This document shows, in pieces, positions 54,864-61,358 of a stretch of 64,000 nt of DNA; positions within the stretch are counted from its first letter, which is position 1, and every line of letters starts with the position of its first letter. The stretch covers positions 44,755-108,754 of the forward strand of contig JAFMIU010000002.1 in the NCBI GenBank assembly GCA_017853835.1, given 5' to 3'. The position numbers and the translations under genes are program-made. Source of the stretch: Pirellulales bacterium. Lineage in GTDB: Bacteria; Planctomycetota; Planctomycetia; Pirellulales; UBA1268. The notes under the pieces are model-generated. The model saw nothing but the letters and a program-made list of their open reading frames with translations. It made no database searches and was not told where the DNA came from.

Positions 54864-55887
54864 GGCACCCGTAGTGTATCGCGTGGCCGTCGTGGTGACA
54901 CTGGTCTTGTCCTGCTGGTTCGGGTCCGTCCACCGAGCCGGCGCGGCGGATGCCGTGCGTGTCAGCGAGACCCGTCCGCTCATGGGCGTTGAATGGACGC
55001 TCACGGTGCACGCGCCGACTGCTCCAGCAGGACGGCAGGCCATCGACGCCGGTTTCGACGAGGCGGTCCGTCTCGAACGCATTCTTTCCGATTACGACCC
55101 CGGGAGTGAACTGAGCCGGCTTTCCGCTTCGTCATCGGCTCAAACCCCCGTGCCTTTGGGCGACGACCTGTGGCATGTGCTGGTTCGATCGAAGGAGATC
55201 TGTCGTCAATCCCATGGGGCGTTTGACATCACGGTGGGACCGTTGACGACCCTCTGGAGGCAGTCGCGTCGGTCGGGGCATCTTCCGAGGCCCGACAAGC
55301 TCAAACGAGCCATGGCCGCTGTCGGAGGCGACGGAATCATGCTCGACCCTGACCGCCGCACGGCCCAGCTCACAAAACCGGGCATGCGGCTCGATCTCGG
55401 TGGCATCGGCATGGGCTATGCCGCCGACCGGGTGCTCGCGACGCTGGAAGGACTGGGCATCCCATCCGCCATGGTCGATGCCTCCGGTGACATCGTGGTG
55501 TCGGGAGCGCCTCCTCATGCCGCCGGGTGGAGGATCCGGATTGCCGGCCTTGGGCCGAACGGTGGGAAACGGCACGAAACGATCATGCTGACGCATGCCG
55601 CCATCACCACGTCCGGGGACGCCAATCAGGCGGTGGAGATCGACGGCAAACGATACAGCCACATCGTCGATCCCCGTACCGGCCTCGGCGTGGCTGGGCC
55701 CGCGGCCGTCACGGTGATCGCACCGGATGGCGCGACGGCCGATGCCTTGGCGACGGCGGCGAGTGTCCTCGGCCCTGAGGCCGGGATGGAGGTGGTGGCA
55801 CAGTTTCCGGGATGCGCGGCCCGCTTCCTCTGGAAAGATGGAGAATCCGAAAAGGCCCGCATCACCGGCGGCTGGCCAAACCGGTGA
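54862..55887 (+). CDS. apbE: FAD:protein FMN transferase (ApbE family)
   Basis: ORF 54784..55887. The ATG at 54862 gives MAPVVYRVAVVVTLVLSCWFGSVHRAGA (signal). ApbE motifs: LMGVEWTLTV, AFDITVGPL, LDLGGIGMGYAAD, VDASGDI, ITTSGD, SHIVDPRTG. Confidence 0.88.
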   Translation: MAPVVYRVAVVVTLVLSCWFGSVHRAGAADAVRVSETRPLMGVEWTLTVHAPTAPAGRQAIDAGFDEAVRLERILSDYDPGSELSRLSASSSAQTPVPLGDDLWHVLVRSKEICRQSHGAFDITVGPLTTLWRQSRRSGHLPRPDKLKRAMAAVGGDGIMLDPDRRTAQLTKPGMRLDLGGIGMGYAADRVLATLEGLGIPSAMVDASGDIVVSGAPPHAAGWRIRIAGLGPNGGKRHETIMLTHAAITTSGDANQAVEIDGKRYSHIVDPRTGLGVAGPAAVTVIAPDGATADALATAASVLGPEAGMEVVAQFPGCAARFLWKDGESEKARITGGWPNR

Positions 55888-56132
55888 CGGCATGACCTCC
55901 CAAACATCCCAGACCCTCGTGGCGTCGGTCCGTCTGTAACGATTCGTGGAAGTTTGAGGGCTGGGTGGCCGATAGAAGACGTGCTGCCGCTGCGCCTTGG
56001 CGTACGCGGTGCGGGCACGGAGTCGGGGGGCGACGTGCCGGGACGATGCTGCCTTCACCGGCAGCTGAGCCCCCTCGGCGCAGCGGCGGCAGTTTGACTC
56101 CACGAGACGCCGGCTCAGCCGGCGGCCCCGCC

Positions 56133-58259
56133 GTGCCGCGAATCCTCCGACAGCTCTGGGTGGCCATCACGAGCCTCACGCTCGTGGCCGGCGGATGCGC
56201 GCCGCGGCAGCCGTTCTACTTCTTCGAGGATGGCGACCTTTCCCACTACGTGGGTGAAATCCAGAAGCTCGAATACCCAGACGGCGAACAGGAGCCTCTC
56301 GCCGAGGCGGCAGGCACGGTCGAACCGCTCACACTGGCGAATCCCAACTTCGACAACATCTGGGAGCTCTCGCTCGAAGAAGCCATCCGCACCGCGCTCG
56401 AAAACGGGAAGGTGCTCCGCAACCTCGGAGGCCGCTTCGGCAGCTTCGGTGGACCGAGGCCGCAGACGGGCGAGCCGCCGGTGTCGCTCCTCACCAACCC
56501 CAACGCCACACCGAGCATCTACGACCCGGCGATCGCCGAAACAGATCCCTTCCGCGGCGTCGAGAGCGCCCTGGCGCTCTTTGATGCCCAGCTGTCAAGT
56601 TCGCTCACCTGGGAACGCCAAAACCGTCCTCAGAACGTCGGCGGCATCGGTACCCAGATCTTCCAGCAGCAGCTCCTCGGCGACACCGGCAACTGGACGA
56701 CCGGCATCCAGAAGAAGACGGCCACTGGTGCCACGTTTGGATTCTCCAACTCGACGCTCTACGACAACAACAACTCGCCGATCAGGCAGCAGGGCGTTCC
56801 CTCGACTTGGACGACGAACTACGACTTCACGTTCAACCAGCCGCTGCTCCAGGGTGCCGGCGTCACCTACAACCGCATCGCCGGACCAGACTCCTTTGAA
56901 AACCTTTACGGCCGCCCCGTGTTTCGAGGCGTGCTGCTGGCCCGCGTGAATGCCGACATTTCCCTCGCGGAGTTCGAGGCGGGGGTCCGCAATCTCGTGA
57001 GCGACACGGAGCAGTCGTATTGGGAGCTCTATTTCGCCTTCCGCAACCTTGAGGCCCGGAAGGCCGGCCGCGACAGCGCCCTCGAGGCGTGGCGGAAGGT
57101 GCATGCCCTCTATGTCGAACAGTCACGGGGTGGCGAGGCCGACAAGGAGGCCCAGGCCCGCGAGCAGTACTTCTTCTTCCGCAGCGAAGTGGAGCAGGCC
57201 CTCACCGACGTCTACCGCTGTGAAAACCGCCTCCGCTACATGATGGGCATCTCGGCGAGCGATGGCCGGCTCATCCGCCCCTCCGACGAGCCAACCACGG
57301 CCCGCATCACCTTTGACTGGCAGCAGTCGCTCGTCGAGGCCCTCTCCCGCTCGGCCGAACTCCGCAAGCAGAAGTGGGTCGTCAAGCAGCGGGAGCTCGA
57401 ACTCACGGCCGCCAAGAACCTGATCCTGCCACGGCTCGACATGGTGGGCCGCTGGCGGTTTCTCGGCATGGGCCAGGAACTCGTAAACCAGGACTACCGC
57501 CCGTATGAAGCGAATGGTCTCGATCCGCTCGGGGGAACCGACGCCTACTCCACGCTCTTCTCGGGTCAGTTCCAGGAGTGGCAGGCCGGAGCCCAGTTCC
57601 TGATGCCGCTCGGCTTCCGCCGCGAACTGGCCACCGTCCGGCATCATCAGCTCCAGCTGGCACGGGAACGGGCGCGACTTCAGGACGAAGAACTCGAGGC
57701 CTCGCATGCCCTCGTCGAGGCGGTGCGGAGCGTCGATGCCAACTTCGCCCTCGCCCAAACGAACTTCAACCGTCGCGTCGCCGCTGAGCGACAGGTGGAA
57801 GCCGTGCAGGCTGCCTATGAAGCCAACACCGTCACCTTCGACCAGCTTCTCGATGCCCAGCGTCGGCGTGCCGACGCGGAAAGCGCCTACTACCGCTCGA
57901 TCGTCGACTACAGCCGATCCATCTCCCAGTTGCATTTCCGGAAGGGCTCGCTGCTCGAATACAACGGGATCTTCCTGGCCGAAGGCCCATGGCCCGGCAA
58001 GGCCTACTTCGACGCCCACCGACGGGCGCGGCAGCGGGATGCGAGCCTCTACCTCGACTACCGTCACTCCCGCCCGGGCGTGTTCAGCCGGGGTGCCATC
58101 TCGCAAAACTTCGCCGAACTTGGAGCCGATGCCCCGGCCACTCAGCTTCCTCCCCGCGATCCGGCCACTCGTGCGGAACCGGTGCCAGCCAGCCTGCCAT
58201 CGGCTCCGGGCGGCTCCTCGGCACCAGCGGTGGAACTTCTTCCCACGCCCGGCGGCTGA
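56133..58259 (+). CDS. TolC-family outer-membrane efflux protein, lipoprotein-type, unusually long
   Basis: ORF 55965..58259. The in-frame GTG at 56133 gives (M)PRILRQLWVAITSLTLVAGGC (lipobox); ATG 56046 is the alternative. Two TolC-like repeats follow (LSLEEAIRTALENGKVLRNL ... and SLVEALSRSAELRKQKWVVKQRELELTAAKNLILPRLDMVG ...), then a Pro-rich C-terminal tail. Confidence 0.75.
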   Translation: MPRILRQLWVAITSLTLVAGGCAPRQPFYFFEDGDLSHYVGEIQKLEYPDGEQEPLAEAAGTVEPLTLANPNFDNIWELSLEEAIRTALENGKVLRNLGGRFGSFGGPRPQTGEPPVSLLTNPNATPSIYDPAIAETDPFRGVESALALFDAQLSSSLTWERQNRPQNVGGIGTQIFQQQLLGDTGNWTTGIQKKTATGATFGFSNSTLYDNNNSPIRQQGVPSTWTTNYDFTFNQPLLQGAGVTYNRIAGPDSFENLYGRPVFRGVLLARVNADISLAEFEAGVRNLVSDTEQSYWELYFAFRNLEARKAGRDSALEAWRKVHALYVEQSRGGEADKEAQAREQYFFFRSEVEQALTDVYRCENRLRYMMGISASDGRLIRPSDEPTTARITFDWQQSLVEALSRSAELRKQKWVVKQRELELTAAKNLILPRLDMVGRWRFLGMGQELVNQDYRPYEANGLDPLGGTDAYSTLFSGQFQEWQAGAQFLMPLGFRRELATVRHHQLQLARERARLQDEELEASHALVEAVRSVDANFALAQTNFNRRVAAERQVEAVQAAYEANTVTFDQLLDAQRRRADAESAYYRSIVDYSRSISQLHFRKGSLLEYNGIFLAEGPWPGKAYFDAHRRARQRDASLYLDYRHSRPGVFSRGAISQNFAELGADAPATQLPPRDPATRAEPVPASLPSAPGGSSAPAVELLPTPGG

Positions 58260-58273
58260 AAACCTCGGGCCTG

Positions 58274-59269
58274 TCAGGGCGTTTCAAGAATGCCCTGCTG
58301 CTCGATCCAGGATCGCATCGACTTGCCCTGGTTCATCAGCACGGCGAGCGTCCGCCACTGCCGATCGCTGACCACCTCCTTGAACCGAGCCTGGTCACAT
58401 CCCGACAGCACCATGTAGATCAGGTTGGTCTGAAGGTGGGCGTTGTTCTGCTCCGGCGCCAGCTCGTCGAGCCGAAGGGCCGGCTCGTGGTCGATGAGCG
58501 CCCGCTCGATGACGTCGTGCTGATCCTGTGACAGGCCGAGCATGTCGTCCATCTTGGCGAGCGTCGATACCACCATGGCCCTCCACCGAAACGACCGTCG
58601 CGACCGTGTTTCCGCCTCCATGCTGGCGATCTGTGCGGGATCGAGGGTGGTGGGCAGCACCGCCGCAAAGAGCGAGCCCGAGGCAAAGAGCCCTCGAAGG
58701 GCCTGCCGGCACCGTTGCACATCCTGCTGAAACTGGTGCCATCGCTTCTGCCCCTCGGGATCGTTGAGGTTCACCGTGACCCCCACATACGTCGCGCGAA
58801 CGGCTTCGATGTCGGCCACAAATCGACGAATGTCCGACTCGATCGCAAACTCCAGCACCCGCCGCTGTCGGTCATCGATGTCGCAGGATTCCGCAACGCG
58901 GGCCATTCGCTTCTCGGCGATCGACCGCGCCCTGGCGGCACTCTGTGACTCTGGCGGCTGCTCGGCGAGGGCGGGCGCAGCGCCGGCGATGCCACCCTGG
59001 ATGATCATCCGACCGTTGCCGAGAAACACCTGCCGTTGAAGGCGAACGTTGACCTGATTTCGAAGCACCCAGCCATTGCCCTGTTGCTCGAAGAGATTCG
59101 CATCGAAGTTTGCTCCAAGATCGATGGCGGGCTGCTGTTCGGACTGCGGCGACACGGCCTCGGCCGGCTCGATAACGTGGTCGTCCTCCGCCCAGACGCC
59201 GAACCCCACCACGATGGTTGCGGCAACCCACAGCGGAATCACGACCGTTCGGATCACCTGGTCCACCAT
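58274..59269 (-). CDS. hypothetical signal-anchored protein with repeated L-S/D-x-x-Q helix motifs (operon gene 4)
   Basis: ORF 58274..59362. AGGAGG lies 4 nt upstream of the ATG at 59269 (MVDQVIRTVVIPLWVAATIVVGFGVWA). Motifs: IDDRQRRVLEFAI, LSQDQHDVIERAL, VSDRQWRTLAVLM. The start lies 16 nt inside the preceding gene. Confidence 0.65.
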   Translation of the reverse strand: MVDQVIRTVVIPLWVAATIVVGFGVWAEDDHVIEPAEAVSPQSEQQPAIDLGANFDANLFEQQGNGWVLRNQVNVRLQRQVFLGNGRMIIQGGIAGAAPALAEQPPESQSAARARSIAEKRMARVAESCDIDDRQRRVLEFAIESDIRRFVADIEAVRATYVGVTVNLNDPEGQKRWHQFQQDVQRCRQALRGLFASGSLFAAVLPTTLDPAQIASMEAETRSRRSFRWRAMVVSTLAKMDDMLGLSQDQHDVIERALIDHEPALRLDELAPEQNNAHLQTNLIYMVLSGCDQARFKEVVSDRQWRTLAVLMNQGKSMRSWIEQQGILETP

Positions 59270-60276
59270 GGATCCTCCTGATGGAGCCCTTGGCCGTCGA
59301 AGTTCCATCCGACGTGCATCCCCACGACCGCCACCCCGGCAGCCTTGCGCCACCGGTCCCATTCGCGACGCTGGCCGTCGCTCAGGTGGTGTTCGATGCA
59401 GGCGTTGGCGTAGTCGGGAGCCGGCCGCTCGTTGTTGATGATCATGCCGTTGTCGTCGAGCTCACGGAGCCATTCATCGCTCCAGTGATCGGCCAGGTCC
59501 TGCTCGATCGCGCTCCGCTGATCGCTGGAGAGTTCGAGTCGACGGTCGAGCTTCGCCACGATCGCCACACGGGCCGCCTCGGCACGCCTGGAAAGCCGCC
59601 TCGCCTGCTCCCGCTGATAGGCCGAAAACACGCCGGCCGCGACATGCGGCTCGATCGCCGTGGCGAGCGATTCCTGAATGGTCCGGTGGGCATCGAACGG
59701 CCGTTCCGGCCGGCCGCCGAGCATCTGCCGGGTGGCATACTCGAGCGCAGTCTTCGTCACGGCGGCACGACCGGCGGCAAAAACGTCGCGACGCACCTCG
59801 GGCGGCAGGCCAGGACATGCCTGGCGAATCATCTCGAGCTCGGTTCGAAGCACCGGCTGAAACAGCTGCTCGAGATGCCTCGCCTGGGCGCGGATCTGTT
59901 TCCGCTGCTGCCACAACTGCGCCTGCTGAGGATCCTTCGGCATCTCACCGTCGTCGGCTTCGTCGACAGGCGGCGGCGCCACCTGCGGCGGCGCGATGGC
60001 ATTGAGGACGGCTCGCACGCCAAATCCAAGCAGCCCCCCGCCGGGCAGCACGGGCGCCTGTTGGGCCGGGAGCGGTTCGAGCACCTCCACCGCCTCGACT
60101 GCGACCTCCACCGGCCCCTCGACCACTTGCTGAGGCTCTTCCTCGAGCCCATCCTCGATCACGACCACGTCGACGAACGACAACTCACCGGCCGCGTTGC
60201 GTGGCACGAGGGAGGCCGAGGCCGCCACCCATGCCATCACGCACACCATCGGAAGCAAGCCATTCATGCACTTCAT
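59254..60276 (-). CDS. hypothetical exported protein with L-S-x-x-Q motifs (operon gene 3)
   Basis: ORF 59254..60447. The ATG at 60276 (MKCMNGLLPMVCVMAWVAASASLVP signal) overlaps the upstream stop (ATGA). An acidic/Pro-rich linker is followed by a helical region with LSSDQRSAIEQDL and LSDGQRREWDRW. Confidence 0.65.
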   Translation of the reverse strand: MKCMNGLLPMVCVMAWVAASASLVPRNAAGELSFVDVVVIEDGLEEEPQQVVEGPVEVAVEAVEVLEPLPAQQAPVLPGGGLLGFGVRAVLNAIAPPQVAPPPVDEADDGEMPKDPQQAQLWQQRKQIRAQARHLEQLFQPVLRTELEMIRQACPGLPPEVRRDVFAAGRAAVTKTALEYATRQMLGGRPERPFDAHRTIQESLATAIEPHVAAGVFSAYQREQARRLSRRAEAARVAIVAKLDRRLELSSDQRSAIEQDLADHWSDEWLRELDDNGMIINNERPAPDYANACIEHHLSDGQRREWDRWRKAAGVAVVGMHVGWNFDGQGLHQEDPWWTR

Positions 60277-61358
60277 CGTTCGTACACCGGCAAAAACTTG
60301 TAGTTGACCGCAAGCGAGAGAAGGGCGAGCGACGTGTCGACCGTGCCCCCGAAGCCACCGCCTCGTCCAGCGAAACCGGCAAAGCTTCCGTCCTTCGCCT
60401 GCATGGTCTTCATCTCCTTCACGAGCCCGGAGTTCCACTTCTCCCACACCTCGACGTCGGCCTGAAACAAGGCCTGTGCCCGATAATACCGGGTGTAGGT
60501 GGGATACCCTTCGCCGCCAGACTGATCACTGAGCGATCGCGCCTTCAGATACGTGGCAGCCGTCGCAAACTGCGGGAGCGCCTTCTGCCGAGCAATCGCG
60601 AGCACCAGCACGCCGATGCTCGTGACGGCATCACTTCCACCACCGGGACCGCCCGAGTAGCCCAACTGACCGTTGGGACCGGTCATCGACACGTAGTATT
60701 TGATCGCCTTGTCGATCGTCTCGTCTGGCACTTCAATGCCGGCGTTTCTCGCACCGAGCAGGCCCATCAGCACCGCGCCGCTCACGGAGGTGTCGGCGTC
60801 CTTGGCGTCGGGTGAATACCGCCAGGCTCCCTGCGGATTGTTCGTGGCGCTTGTCACGGCACAGCGCACGGCCAGTTCGAGCGCCTGACCGATCGAACGC
60901 CCCTTCTGGCCGGAGGCGGCCGACTCCGTCCAGAGCGCGCGGTCATCGACGGTGCCATAGGCTTCCGAAAGCGCGAGCATGCCGAAGCCATGCTGATACA
61001 TGCTGTCGTGCCCCTGCCCTGACCCAAGGAATCCCGTGTCGGCGTTCTGGGCAACGATCATGTTCCGAAGCGCCTTGCGGATCGGCACGCGATACGGGCC
61101 GTGATTCGGATCCTCGCCCGATGCCAGCAACGCCATCACGGCCATGCCGGTCACACCAGGGCCGGCCTGTCCGTCCTTCCAGCCGCCACTGTCGTCTTGG
61201 GTCTTGATGAGATACCGCAGCCCCGCGTCGTACATCTCGCGCACATCGCGCGGCACAGGATCGCCATATCGCACAAGCGGCCCGTCACCATGCGCGACCA
61301 TCGCAAGGTGGACGACCAGCGCCGTGACCAGCCCGATCATGTTCCACTGATGGCCCAT
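60273..61358 (-). CDS. prenyltransferase/squalene-oxidase-repeat (alpha/alpha-toroid) exported protein (operon gene 2)
   Basis: ORF 60273..61361 (GTG 61361 or ATG 61358, MGHQWNMIGLVTALVVHLAMVAHG signal). Repeated terpenoid-cyclase/PFTB-like motifs: KTQDDSGGW, NNPQGAWRY, TGPNGQLGY, MQAKDGSFAG. The start overlaps the upstream stop. Confidence 0.75.
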   Translation of the reverse strand: MGHQWNMIGLVTALVVHLAMVAHGDGPLVRYGDPVPRDVREMYDAGLRYLIKTQDDSGGWKDGQAGPGVTGMAVMALLASGEDPNHGPYRVPIRKALRNMIVAQNADTGFLGSGQGHDSMYQHGFGMLALSEAYGTVDDRALWTESAASGQKGRSIGQALELAVRCAVTSATNNPQGAWRYSPDAKDADTSVSGAVLMGLLGARNAGIEVPDETIDKAIKYYVSMTGPNGQLGYSGGPGGGSDAVTSIGVLVLAIARQKALPQFATAATYLKARSLSDQSGGEGYPTYTRYYRAQALFQADVEVWEKWNSGLVKEMKTMQAKDGSFAGFAGRGGGFGGTVDTSLALLSLAVNYKFLPVYER

